Of a stretch of 64,000 nucleotides of DNA, positions 19,273 through 28,922 are shown one piece after another (positions within the stretch are counted from its first letter, which is position 1; each line of letters opens with the position of its first letter). The DNA is from a virus. Position numbers and translations under genes: made by a program. The notes under the pieces are model-generated. The model had not been told where the DNA came from. It made no database searches and saw nothing but the letters and a program-made list of their open reading frames with translations. The stretch lies in IMG/VR virus record IMGVR_UViG_3300021961_000025. One strand, 5' to 3'.

Positions 19273-19953
19273 ATGAAGAAGTTTGCTTTTGACGAAATAT
19301 ATAATTTCTTTACTAAAGAACAAAGACAAGAAATTTTAAGTAAAGTAATTGGTCTTAATCAACATTGGAGAAAGTTGCACGATTATCCAGTGTATAATGA
19401 TCCAAGTGAAGATCCAGATCCATGTTCTAAGAATCAGTATTTATTGGGTGATAGTATTTACCCTATTAAAAGTGTTGAAGAAATCAATCAAGACACTCAA
19501 AGAATTTTAAAATCAGAGTTTGGTGATTTAATATATAATCGCTTACTCAACGAAATACCGAAGCACTTTGGTTTAGATATCAAAGGTGCTTCATTTTATG
19601 ATGACTTGCCAATTCCTGGATTCCATATATTTTCTGGAGTTCAAGATGAAAGCGATCCATTTCCATATCATACAGATGTAAGTCTTGCGTTATGGAAAAA
19701 GGATATCTACCAAAATAGAATCTACTCATTTTTAAGTCCAATCATTTTGCCACCACAAGGTGGTCATTTAGAATGGAAACAACCCTCTGGTAAAGAGAGT
19801 AAGATAATCTATCATTATGGTTCTCTGCACTTTTGGGCAGGATTGGTGCCACATAGAATAGGTAGTCACGCATTGAAACAGGGAGAGATGCGTATCACAC
19901 TACAAGGACATTTGTATATCGACCCTGATAAAAACATAAAAATTTATTTTTAA
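19273..19953 (+). CDS. Fe(II)/2OG oxygenase, paralog of 18209
   Basis: NQY.LGDS.Y, PGFHIF, YHTD, VPHRI, RITLQGH shared with 18209. Confidence 0.8.
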   Translation: MKKFAFDEIYNFFTKEQRQEILSKVIGLNQHWRKLHDYPVYNDPSEDPDPCSKNQYLLGDSIYPIKSVEEINQDTQRILKSEFGDLIYNRLLNEIPKHFGLDIKGASFYDDLPIPGFHIFSGVQDESDPFPYHTDVSLALWKKDIYQNRIYSFLSPIILPPQGGHLEWKQPSGKESKIIYHYGSLHFWAGLVPHRIGSHALKQGEMRITLQGHLYIDPDKNIKIYF

Positions 19954-19966
19954 CGAAGGAAAAAAG

Positions 19967-20992
19967 ATGGTAAAGGGCAAGCAACACTTAAATTTACAAG
20001 AAGAACGTAGTTATTTTAAACCATTTAACTACCCATGGGCATACGAAGCATGGTTAAAGCATGAACAAAGTCATTGGTTACACACTGAAGTGCCTATGCT
20101 TGAAGATGTAAAAGATTGGAAGACTAAACTAAATCCATCTCAAAAACATTTTTTAACAAACATCTTTCGTTTCTTTACACAAGGCGACATTGATGTCGCT
20201 GGTGGTTATGTAATGAATTATCTTCCTTACTTTCCACAACCAGAAATTCGTATGATGCTTTGTGGTTTTGCTGCACGTGAAGCATTACACATTGCTGCAT
20301 ATTCACATCTAATTGAAACACTAGGTATGCCAGAGTCAACTTACTCTGAGTTCCTAGAATACAAAGAGATGGCAGACAAGCATAGTTATTTTATGGACTT
20401 GTCTATGAAGAATGGAACAAAGCAATCTATTGCTACTAACATTGCTGCATTCTCTGCATTTACAGAGGGTATGCAATTGTTTAGTTCGTTCATTATGCTA
20501 TTAAATTTCCCACGCCATGGACTTATGAAAGGTATGGGACAAATCGTCACTTGGTCTATTGTTGATGAAACTCAACATGCTGAGAATATGATTAAACTAT
20601 TCAGAACTTATGTTGAAGAAAACAAAGAGATCTGGAATGACGAGACTAAAGAAAAAATCTATTCTATCGCTGAAAAGATGGTAGAACTAGAAGATAAGTT
20701 TATCGACTTATCATTCTCAATGGGTGAGATGGTTAATCTTACCTCAGAAGACGTTAAGAAATATATTCGTTATATTGCTGATCGTCGTCTAATCTCTCTT
20801 GGACTAAAAGGTATCTTTAAAGTTAAGAAGAATCCACTTCCATGGGTAGAAGAAATGATCAATGCTCCAACGCATGGTAACTTCTTTGAGAACCGAGTAA
20901 CTGATTATGCCAAAGGTGCATTAAAAGGATCTTGGGGTGATATTTGGGCAGTGGATCTTTCTGAGAAAGAACCAGCTGTCGTAAATGGCTGA
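19967..20992 (+). CDS. nrdB: Ribonucleotide reductase class I beta subunit
   Basis: FFTQGD, EALH..AY, EGMQLFSSF, DETQH, NFFE.RV..Y. Confidence 0.95.
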   Translation: MVKGKQHLNLQEERSYFKPFNYPWAYEAWLKHEQSHWLHTEVPMLEDVKDWKTKLNPSQKHFLTNIFRFFTQGDIDVAGGYVMNYLPYFPQPEIRMMLCGFAAREALHIAAYSHLIETLGMPESTYSEFLEYKEMADKHSYFMDLSMKNGTKQSIATNIAAFSAFTEGMQLFSSFIMLLNFPRHGLMKGMGQIVTWSIVDETQHAENMIKLFRTYVEENKEIWNDETKEKIYSIAEKMVELEDKFIDLSFSMGEMVNLTSEDVKKYIRYIADRRLISLGLKGIFKVKKNPLPWVEEMINAPTHGNFFENRVTDYAKGALKGSWGDIWAVDLSEKEPAVVNG

Positions 20993-21278
20993 GTATAGAG
21001 AAGTAAAGGCAGTTAGTGATTTTGCCGAGTTGATTGAGGAGAAAAACCCAATCGACTTCGGTATGTTACGAATACCTGAAAAAGATGTATTCGACTTTTG
21101 TGCTAACTGCGTTATCGATCACTTTGTGAATGTTCATCAACGATATATACACGAGCACGAGATGCAAATGCTTGCACAAGTAACTTATAATATGGTAGAG
21201 GCATTTGTGTTAAACTTACAGCAAAATGCTAAAATTATTGCTGTTATAAAAGGAAAGAATAAAGGGAATGAAGAGTAA
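20985..21278 (+). CDS. Hypothetical protein
   Basis: Coupled ORF. Confidence 0.55.
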   Translation: MAEYREVKAVSDFAELIEEKNPIDFGMLRIPEKDVFDFCANCVIDHFVNVHQRYIHEHEMQMLAQVTYNMVEAFVLNLQQNAKIIAVIKGKNKGNEE

Positions 21279-21432
21279 AGACTTCGAATGTAATAACTGT
21301 GGGGCAGAAGGATTAATTAAGTTCGTAGATGATGGTGAGCACTTAGCATCGGATATAGCTTATTGTCCATTCTGCGGACACGACATTCATAAATCTGACG
21401 ACGACGATCTCGACTGGTCAAAAGAGGACTAA
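21268..21432 (+). CDS. Small zinc-ribbon protein (not in ORF track)
   Basis: MKSKDFECNNCG...YCPFCG, 54 aa. Confidence 0.7.
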   Translation: MKSKDFECNNCGAEGLIKFVDDGEHLASDIAYCPFCGHDIHKSDDDDLDWSKED

Positions 21433-21442
21433 ATAGTAGACT

Positions 21443-21856
21443 ATGTGGATATACGGAGACAAAGTCTTCGAGGATCCTTCTGGTTATTATGGATTTGTTT
21501 ATGAGATAACGTGCACTGAAACCAATAAAAGGTATATTGGTAGGAAATATTTCTCCAAAGCTAAAACTTTGGCTCCATTAAAAGGCAAAAAGAATAAACG
21601 TCGGAGTCGTGTTGATAGTGACTGGATCGAATATTACGGATCATCGAAATCATTATTAGAGGATGTAGAAAAATACGGAAAAGACAAGTTCGTCCGTAGG
21701 ATTCTGCGTCTTTGCAAAACACGTGGAGAAACTAATTACTGGGAAGCAAAACTCCAGTTCTACCACGATGTATTAAATGCAAAAAACGAATTAGGTGAAA
21801 CTCTCTATTACAACGAGAACATAATGATGAAATTTACAAGGAAGAATATCGGATGA
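21443..21856 (+). CDS. GIY-YIG endonuclease (endonuclease II-like)
   Basis: GFVYEIT..RYIGRK..W..YYGSS..E..YYN. Confidence 0.8.
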   Translation: MWIYGDKVFEDPSGYYGFVYEITCTETNKRYIGRKYFSKAKTLAPLKGKKNKRRSRVDSDWIEYYGSSKSLLEDVEKYGKDKFVRRILRLCKTRGETNYWEAKLQFYHDVLNAKNELGETLYYNENIMMKFTRKNIG

Positions 21857-22863
21857 CATTACTACTATTAACAATTGCTATATTTTTATCAGCGATTGCT
21901 GCATTTTATGCAGTGTCAGGTTTAGTTGCTATTTTTAGTGCAGCAGCAATCCCTATCGCAATTATGGGTGGTGGTCTTGAAGTCGCAAAATTGGTTGTTG
22001 CGTCTTGGCTTTATAGAAGATGGAAAGACGTTAATTTTTTAATGAAGACATACTTCGCAGTAGCACTGATTGTGCTAATGCTATTAACAAGTATGGGTAT
22101 CTTTGGTTTCTTATCAAAGGCACATATCGAGCAAAGAGGTGTCAGTGGTACTACTGATTTGCAAGTTGTTCAAATTGATAATAACATTGCAAGAGAACAA
22201 AAGAAAATTAAAGATGCTGAGTTAGTTATATCTCAGTTAGACAAAACAGTACAAATTCTATTAGATAACGATCGTGTTCGTGGAAACAGTGGTGCTGTCG
22301 CTACTCGTCAGAATCAAAAAGAAGAACGTGATAGTCTACAGGCTATTATCGATTCAGCTACCAATAAGATCGTAGAATTAGAAAACACAAAGCAACCTCT
22401 ATTACAATCACAATTAGCACAGGAACTAGAGATCGGTCCACTTAAATACGTGGCTGAATTAATCTATGGTGATGATGCTAAATCACACTTCGACGAGGCA
22501 GTTCGTTGGGTAATTATTGCAATTATTTTTGTATTTGACCCACTAGCTGTTATGCTTTTAATCGCATGGAATAAGGAAATGGGAATGCGTGTAACACCTA
22601 TCGCTCCAGTAACACCTACACATAATCCACCGAAAAGAAGAGAGCCAGAGGTTAAAAAACCTGAGCCCAAAAAGGAAGAAGTCCTAAATACTAGTGAACC
22701 TGTAAAGGAAACATGGGATTCGTTCTTTACTGAGTCAGTTGAAAACATGCCTTGGCATGATAAGGAATCCGAAGAAGCAAAGAAAAGACGAGAGTCGGAC
22801 ATCTATAATAAGATTTCAAGACCGACAGATTCTCGTCCAAATAAATTTCAAGACAGAGAGTGA
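21853..22863 (+). CDS. Multi-pass membrane protein with coiled coil
   Basis: 3 N-terminal TMs, TSMGIFGFLSKAH, coiled coil, IIFVFDPLA TM. Confidence 0.7.
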   Translation: MTLLLLTIAIFLSAIAAFYAVSGLVAIFSAAAIPIAIMGGGLEVAKLVVASWLYRRWKDVNFLMKTYFAVALIVLMLLTSMGIFGFLSKAHIEQRGVSGTTDLQVVQIDNNIAREQKKIKDAELVISQLDKTVQILLDNDRVRGNSGAVATRQNQKEERDSLQAIIDSATNKIVELENTKQPLLQSQLAQELEIGPLKYVAELIYGDDAKSHFDEAVRWVIIAIIFVFDPLAVMLLIAWNKEMGMRVTPIAPVTPTHNPPKRREPEVKKPEPKKEEVLNTSEPVKETWDSFFTESVENMPWHDKESEEAKKRRESDIYNKISRPTDSRPNKFQDRE

Positions 22864-22926
22864 TTTGAACGTCACCCAATATAATTAGAACTTAGTTCTC
22901 TGCCATGGTCAGACAAGAGGCAGAAA

Positions 22927-23247
22927 ATGAACGCAAAAAAACTACAAATAGACTCTGAATACGCAGAGTACGACATTGATGGCGATGGGACTGTAACCGA
23001 TTCCGAATTAGCACGGATTAAGGAAATCAAGTCTCAAGAGATGGCAGAACGTAAGCAAGCATCTCAAAGAAAAATGGCATGGACTTCTTTATGGTCTATG
23101 GCAATCTTTACTGTTATTTTATTTTCCCCTTTAGTTTCTGACACTCGAGTATCAGCACTTGCTGATTTACTCGGACTATTCTACATTGCGCAAGCAGGTG
23201 TGGTTGGTGCATATATGGGCATGACAGCTTATATGTCAAGAAAATAA
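22927..23247 (+). CDS. EF-hand-like loop + two-TM membrane protein
   Basis: DIDGDGTVTDSE loop; two hydrophobic helices. Confidence 0.6.
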   Translation: MNAKKLQIDSEYAEYDIDGDGTVTDSELARIKEIKSQEMAERKQASQRKMAWTSLWSMAIFTVILFSPLVSDTRVSALADLLGLFYIAQAGVVGAYMGMTAYMSRK

Positions 23248-23266
23248 TTAAATAAAGGGAAGTAAA

Positions 23267-23833
23267 ATGTCGTTTAAAGAATTAGTTATCGTCATGCTTG
23301 TCTGTACAGGATTAATGTATGGAATCTCTGCAAACAAAGCACATGCAGAAACTAATACAGTTACGTCTACGGTAACAGGTACAACGACAGTAGATAAAAC
23401 TCCCTCCACTGCTAACGCTCCAAGTGTTATAATCAATAATCAAGATGTCTGCTCGACTGGTGTCGGTGCAGCAGTACAAACTCAAATCTTGGGTATTGCT
23501 GGTGGAACAACAATAAGAGATTTAAACTGCGAACGATTAAAACTATCTCGTGCTCTATACGGTATGGGAATGAAAGTCGGTGCAGTTGCTTTATTATGCC
23601 AAGACGCAAGAGTCTTCCAAGCAATGGAAATGGCTGGCACTCCTTGTCCATATATGGGTAAAATTGGTATTGAAGCAGCAAAAGCATGGGCTGAAAATCC
23701 AGAGAAACGTCCTGACTACGATAAGTGGTTAAAGGAAAACGATTTAGTGGATAAAGAAAAGGAATTGAACAATGAGATTAAAACCATTGGTGTTGGCTTG
23801 GGTGCTCTTTCTCTCTTGCTTTTCTTACTCTAG
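23267..23833 (+). CDS. Secreted Cys-containing protein with C-terminal anchor
   Basis: Signal peptide AHA|E, four Cys, hydrophobic C-terminus. Confidence 0.65.
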   Translation: MSFKELVIVMLVCTGLMYGISANKAHAETNTVTSTVTGTTTVDKTPSTANAPSVIINNQDVCSTGVGAAVQTQILGIAGGTTIRDLNCERLKLSRALYGMGMKVGAVALLCQDARVFQAMEMAGTPCPYMGKIGIEAAKAWAENPEKRPDYDKWLKENDLVDKEKELNNEIKTIGVGLGALSLLLFLL

Positions 23834-25298
23834 TCTAGCATTCGAAACCAAATATGTAATTGGACAGGTTGGTCCAAACGGAGGAACAATTACTTCCGTA
23901 GATATTACACAAACGTTAATCGACACACAGGTAAAGCAAGTAGGTGATTTTGAAGAAACCACTTACACCTATAAGATTATCGAAGACATTAAAGAAGATG
24001 TCATAAGCACACAGCAAATTACAACTACGACTATCGAATCCGTAGTTACCTCAAAAAACAATCTACAATTAGACTCATCAGTAAGCACTTCAGGTGGCAT
24101 TACTGATTTGTCACACTATAATACGTATAACGATTTTCATACAGATTATCAGGGTGGATCAGTTACGTTCACTAATAAACTTGATGATAATATGACACAA
24201 AGCGAGATGCGTACTGGCTTTGACGTTACTGCTGGTGCAACTGTAGGTGCTTGTGAAAATACTTATGGTGGTGGATGTAGTTCTGGTGTATTAGATACCT
24301 TTACAATTACAATAAGAGTTTATGATTCAGTAAGTGGATTTGATCAACAAAAAGTAAGAACGTGGTCAGTAGGTAATACTTGGAACACTTATGAAACTAC
24401 TTTAAACATTGGTCCAAATATGTTAAATGGTAGTAGTTCTATGTTAAGTACTAACTTCTATGGATATGATACAGGTTATTGGGCAGGATACTATGGTCCA
24501 ACTATTGCAGATCCATATATCAATTTACAATATAATTCATTACAAGAAGTATTAACGACTATTGAACAAACGATTACTAACTCTATTTCTTCTTCTCTAG
24601 AAACAATTGAATCGCAACTCACAAAGAAGTATAGTCCTATTGTTCAACCTGGAACTGAAAACTTTATTACTGCTACTGAAATTAAAATAGAAGAACCAAA
24701 GATCGAACTTAAAATAGATACACCGAATGGTCAATCTATACAGTTTGAAGTTAAAGTAGAAACTAACGATTCAGGTAATGTAGAAGTTTCAATGACAAGC
24801 AGTGCATCAGGCGAAACTAAAATCGCAGAGATTAAACCTATTGCTGCAACTGCAACAACTGAAGCAAAAGTAGAGATTAAATTACCTGCTACAAAAACAG
24901 AATCAAAAGAAGAATCAAAATCAGAGTCAAAGTCTGATAGTAAGAGCGACAATAAAAAAGAAGATAACAAAGGCGAAAGTAAAACAACTACAACTACTGT
25001 AGCTGAAGCCAAACAGAAAGTCGCAGAAAGAATTCTCCAACAAGTGTTGGCACAAACAGATGCATTATTAATTAACGATACTAAAATTGGATTAATGATT
25101 GCCTTAGCAGATACCGAAAACTTTAACAAATACCTAGCAAAGAAACAAGACGATCTTGGACTATGGTATGTTGATGATGGTATCTACCAAAATCAGAAAC
25201 AACTCGCTGATCCTTATGCTGTTATATTTAATTTGGCACAAGACCGATTATTTGAACAGATGGAGAATGAACAATACAAGCCTGATTTTGGGAAATAA
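23772..25298 (+). CDS. Large secreted/periplasmic protein
   Basis: Signal peptide SLA|F, beta-rich domain (GYWAGYYGP), charged linker. Confidence 0.65.
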   Translation: MRLKPLVLAWVLFLSCFSYSSLAFETKYVIGQVGPNGGTITSVDITQTLIDTQVKQVGDFEETTYTYKIIEDIKEDVISTQQITTTTIESVVTSKNNLQLDSSVSTSGGITDLSHYNTYNDFHTDYQGGSVTFTNKLDDNMTQSEMRTGFDVTAGATVGACENTYGGGCSSGVLDTFTITIRVYDSVSGFDQQKVRTWSVGNTWNTYETTLNIGPNMLNGSSSMLSTNFYGYDTGYWAGYYGPTIADPYINLQYNSLQEVLTTIEQTITNSISSSLETIESQLTKKYSPIVQPGTENFITATEIKIEEPKIELKIDTPNGQSIQFEVKVETNDSGNVEVSMTSSASGETKIAEIKPIAATATTEAKVEIKLPATKTESKEESKSESKSDSKSDNKKEDNKGESKTTTTTVAEAKQKVAERILQQVLAQTDALLINDTKIGLMIALADTENFNKYLAKKQDDLGLWYVDDGIYQNQKQLADPYAVIFNLAQDRLFEQMENEQYKPDFGK

Positions 25299-25317
25299 AT
25301 AGAGAGGTAGAAATACA

Positions 25318-25521
25318 ATGTCAAAAATGAGAACATTCACTTTCTACGATGGCGAAGATGTAACAACTAAGGAAGCAGTTAGCTACAAAAAAGCAGTAAA
25401 ATCGTATCAAGGAAGTGCAAAAAACAAAGTAGTACGTGTAGAGTGGACAGCTAAAAAGGGTGGACTCTACGAAATTTTACAATCACTACCTATGGGTAGA
25501 TCTAAGAAAATAGGAAGATAG
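25318..25521 (+). CDS. Small hypothetical protein
   Basis: GAGG RBS. Confidence 0.55.
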   Translation: MSKMRTFTFYDGEDVTTKEAVSYKKAVKSYQGSAKNKVVRVEWTAKKGGLYEILQSLPMGRSKKIGR

Positions 25522-25523
25522 TT

Positions 25524-25667
25524 ATGGCTAAAACTGTATCACAACACATCCATGAACCTACTAAAAAGAAGTCTTCTTCTAGTGGTAAAATGAGTATGGT
25601 TAAATGGGCATCTATGAACAAAAATAAAAAGCGATCGTTTAAAGCGTATCGTGGACAAGGAAGATAA
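25524..25667 (+). CDS. Small basic protein ending YRGQGR (not in ORF track)
   Basis: 47 aa; MNK.KKRSFKAYRGQGR end typical of small T4-like phage proteins. Confidence 0.6.
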   Translation: MAKTVSQHIHEPTKKKSSSSGKMSMVKWASMNKNKKRSFKAYRGQGR

Positions 25668-25668
25668 A

Positions 25669-26373
25669 ATGGCTAAAAATGAAGCAAGTGCAGGAACGGA
25701 AGTTGATCACGGATCTGTTACGAAAGACAAGAATTCTGTATCAGCTGGCGTTGGCGCAGAGGCAGGTGCTGAGGCATCCTCAAAAAGAGGATTAGGTAAT
25801 GGAACGACAGGTGAAGCATCAGCAGGTGCTGGTGTATCTGCTACTGCAAATGCAGGTGCTCAAGCCAAAGATGGTAATGCGTCTTTTGAAGCAGTAACTA
25901 AAGTTGAAGCAGGTGCTACAGCATCAGCAGGAACTTCTACTAAACTTATAGGTGATACAACAGCAGATGTGGAAGTACACGCATCAGCAAAAACTTATTC
26001 CGAAGTAGGTGTCTCAGGACAAATTGGTAAAGATGGCGTTGCAGGTTCTGCAGGTGCTATCGCTGGTTCAAAGGTAGGTGTTGGTACATCTGCTACAGTA
26101 GGTAATGACAGAAACAATGCTAAGATGGGTGCTGAAGTTTCAGTCGGTCCACAAGTTGGTGCTGCTGTCGGTGGTGGTGCAACTTTGGATGATGGTAAAC
26201 TAACAGTAGGTGCTGATGTTAAATTAGCATTGGGTGTTGGTGTTACTTTACAACCAAGCGTAACTGTTGATTTAAAACCAGTACAAACACACGTTGTTGC
26301 TCCAGTAGCAAATGCTGCAAAGGCAACTGGTAATGCAGTTAAGAACACTGCTAAGAAATTAAAATTTTGGTAA
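25669..26373 (+). CDS. Gly/Ala/Val-rich beta-repeat protein
   Basis: Alternating small-residue strands (SAGVGAEAGAEAS) with DG/NG turns. Confidence 0.65.
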   Translation: MAKNEASAGTEVDHGSVTKDKNSVSAGVGAEAGAEASSKRGLGNGTTGEASAGAGVSATANAGAQAKDGNASFEAVTKVEAGATASAGTSTKLIGDTTADVEVHASAKTYSEVGVSGQIGKDGVAGSAGAIAGSKVGVGTSATVGNDRNNAKMGAEVSVGPQVGAAVGGGATLDDGKLTVGADVKLALGVGVTLQPSVTVDLKPVQTHVVAPVANAAKATGNAVKNTAKKLKFW

Positions 26374-26376
26374 GAT

Positions 26377-26652
26377 ATGGCACACAAGATTGACGAAACT
26401 ACTGAAGTAAGAGTTTCACTGAAGACGTTGGTAGTGGTAATCATTGCCATTGTTTCAGGTGCTGCATTTATGTTTCATATAGAAGAACGACTTGATATGT
26501 TAGATCATGCAGTTATGATGAATAAATCTAACTTTGAAAACTATAAAGAAATGCCAAGTCGTGGATATACAGATATCGAAGTTATGAAAAAAGAAATAGA
26601 ATATCTACAAAAAGAAGTAGATAAACTGGAGGAAAAATGGAACTCGAAGTAG
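26377..26652 (+). CDS. Single-TM coiled-coil protein
   Basis: TM then heptad pattern. Confidence 0.55.
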   Translation: MAHKIDETTEVRVSLKTLVVVIIAIVSGAAFMFHIEERLDMLDHAVMMNKSNFENYKEMPSRGYTDIEVMKKEIEYLQKEVDKLEEKWNSK

Positions 26653-27050
26653 GGGGAATCAAATTTACTGGGGGTAGAGTATTTGCTGTATTAACAGCAT
26701 TGTCAACTGCTGCTGGTATTGTTTGGGGTGCTGCATTATTCTGGCAGGACTATACTGCTATGAAGAATCAAATACAATCATACGTTGCACCAGATTTAAG
26801 TATGATTGAAAAGCGTCTTGCTGTTACAGAAGAAAACTCTGCAAAAGCAGTAGACTATACACGTGATATCAAGAACGATCTTAAAGCTGATATTCGTAAA
26901 GTTGAAAAAGTTGTAGAAACTGTTGAGCGTGATACGAAAGATCGTCAGCGTGAAATGGACAAAGACATTAGAGAACTACGTACAGATATTGATTTAAAAA
27001 TTAAAAAAGCGTTAGAAAATCCACTTGCTAATATGGGAACTTCCAATTAG
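26637..27050 (+). CDS. Single-TM coiled-coil protein
   Basis: GGAGG RBS; TM, coiled coil, KALENPL end. Confidence 0.6.
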   Translation: MELEVGGIKFTGGRVFAVLTALSTAAGIVWGAALFWQDYTAMKNQIQSYVAPDLSMIEKRLAVTEENSAKAVDYTRDIKNDLKADIRKVEKVVETVERDTKDRQREMDKDIRELRTDIDLKIKKALENPLANMGTSN

Positions 27051-27088
27051 TAATTGTTTTGCAACATTATTTACAGTAGAATTACAGT

Positions 27089-27640
27089 ATGAACAAAATT
27101 ATTATCACAGGCGATGGTGAAGGTATTGGTCTTGGACTGCGTAATGCTCTAAGTCCAATTGCTAATGTAGTAGGTTACGATCTTAAACAAGGTAAGAACG
27201 TAGCACTTGAGCCAACCTATTCAGAAGTTATTAAAAATTGCGAGGATGCGAATGTCGTAATCCTCAACGCACACACAGGTGAGCAACATTCGATGCTTGC
27301 CGAACTCTACGTCCTCTACAAAGATAAACCTATTCATTGTATCGTACTCGGTTCAATGGTCACTCAGTATTACAGTGATAGTGACTCAGTACCCAAAGAA
27401 TTTAACTTTGTAAAATATTATAATGATAAAGCGAAACTAGATCATAAAGTCAAAGTAATACACACCAATGGACAAAAACCTTTTCGTGTCACGATCGTTC
27501 GTCCATCTTGGGTAGAAACTCCACTAGCAAAAGAATATAATGGTAAGAAATTACCAGTAACTGCAGTTGTTAACTCAATTGTAGATATAATCAACGCACC
27601 TTATCACGTGACAACATTAAATTTAGAAGAGATTGAATAA
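27089..27640 (+). CDS. Short-chain dehydrogenase/reductase
   Basis: ITGDGEGIG Rossmann motif, NA, GS, YYNDK (YxxxK), PSWVET. Confidence 0.8.
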   Translation: MNKIIITGDGEGIGLGLRNALSPIANVVGYDLKQGKNVALEPTYSEVIKNCEDANVVILNAHTGEQHSMLAELYVLYKDKPIHCIVLGSMVTQYYSDSDSVPKEFNFVKYYNDKAKLDHKVKVIHTNGQKPFRVTIVRPSWVETPLAKEYNGKKLPVTAVVNSIVDIINAPYHVTTLNLEEIE

Positions 27641-27641
27641 T

Positions 27642-28850
27642 ATGGGATTTGAATTAAGAGCATGGACTCCTGGAGAACTGGAGAAAATTGTAGTTAAAAC
27701 TGACAAGTACTGGGTACACTACAAAGACGGAAAAAAGATTTTAGATATGCAGTCAGGTAACTCTGCATATATTCTTGGTTATGGCAACGAAGAAGTTATT
27801 GAAGCAATGAACGAACAAATTCGTAGTGTTGCTTTCGTTCGTGGTAATCGAGGAGAAACTGCTGAGATCTGTCAAGAGATGGCAGAGTTAATTTGTACGA
27901 CTGGTGGCTTTGATGTTATGTCTTGGGCAGTAACTGGATCGTCTGCTGTTGAAGCAGCAATTGCAATGAACGATACGTATTGGAAAAGACAAAAGATTGA
28001 GCGACCATACATTATTAGTTTCACTCCAGGATATCACGGAACAACTCATCTCACAAAAGCAATGGGACTACCTCATCTACAAGAGTTTGGTCTTGAGCGA
28101 GTATTAACTTGCACTGCTCCACGATGGATGGAAGAACATCAACGTTCAGTTGAAGAAGAAAAATCACTTAAACATTTAAAGAGTATGGTAGAACGATACA
28201 AAGGTAAAGTCGGATGTATCGTTATGGAATCTTGTCCATGGTATCAAGGTATTCTTCCATGGTCTGAAAATTGGTGGAAACAAATTCGTTCTATTTGTGA
28301 TGCATACGATATTCTAATGATTACCGATGACGTAGCTGTATGTTGGGGTAAAGCACTTCACTATCATGGCTATCAAGTCCATGGTGTTCAACCAGATATT
28401 TCTGCACTCGGTAAATCGCTTTCTGCAGGTTATACACCTTTGGGTGCTGCAGTGGGTAATAAAAAGGTAGGTGCTGTTCTACGTAAAAACGAATGGGAGT
28501 TTGGTCATACTTGGCAACCTAATATGATGGGTATTGCTGCAATGAAAGCAGTTAATAACATTATCGTTCGTGATAAACTATTTGAAAAAGCAGTATCTCA
28601 CTCTGACAAATTTAAAGCCATTGCTGAAAATCTTAAAGCACAAGGTTATATTAAGTCTTACCGACATCAAGGACTATTCCTTGCTATTGATACAGACAGC
28701 TATACAACCATTAATAAGTTAGTCGATGCAGGACTAGGTGCTACAACAGCACAACAAGGAACCATTAAAATCATTGGAAACCTTATAGCTGACGACGAAT
28801 ACTTTGCAGAGATGGAAAAAAGACTTACAATTTTCTTTGAAAGACAGTAA
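27642..28850 (+). CDS. Class III PLP aminotransferase
   Basis: LDMQSG..LGY, GSSAVE, YHG.T, DDVAVCWG, PDI..GKSLSAG, GHTW. Confidence 0.9.
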   Translation: MGFELRAWTPGELEKIVVKTDKYWVHYKDGKKILDMQSGNSAYILGYGNEEVIEAMNEQIRSVAFVRGNRGETAEICQEMAELICTTGGFDVMSWAVTGSSAVEAAIAMNDTYWKRQKIERPYIISFTPGYHGTTHLTKAMGLPHLQEFGLERVLTCTAPRWMEEHQRSVEEEKSLKHLKSMVERYKGKVGCIVMESCPWYQGILPWSENWWKQIRSICDAYDILMITDDVAVCWGKALHYHGYQVHGVQPDISALGKSLSAGYTPLGAAVGNKKVGAVLRKNEWEFGHTWQPNMMGIAAMKAVNNIIVRDKLFEKAVSHSDKFKAIAENLKAQGYIKSYRHQGLFLAIDTDSYTTINKLVDAGLGATTAQQGTIKIIGNLIADDEYFAEMEKRLTIFFERQ

Positions 28851-28858
28851 AATACCTG

Positions 28859-28887
28859 TTGACTTTTTGTAAATAATATGGTATAAT
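28859..28887 (+). promoter_or_regulatory. Early promoter
   Basis: TTGACT-N17-TATAAT. Confidence 0.85.
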
Positions 28888-28922
28888 AGTCGTTGAAAGT
28901 AGAAATTTAGGAAATTTTTATT

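Noticed and set aside
13571-20992. Introns or inteins in thyX, nrdA, nrdB
   Set aside because: All three are continuous, of normal or short length, with motifs in order
21443-21856. GIY-YIG gene as a mobile homing endonuclease
   Set aside because: Catalytic domain only, with no DNA-binding extension; resembles the conserved endonuclease II-like gene
25669-26373. Curli (CsgA-like) subunit
   Set aside because: No signal peptide, no Q/N curlin repeat, and no csgF/csgG in the window
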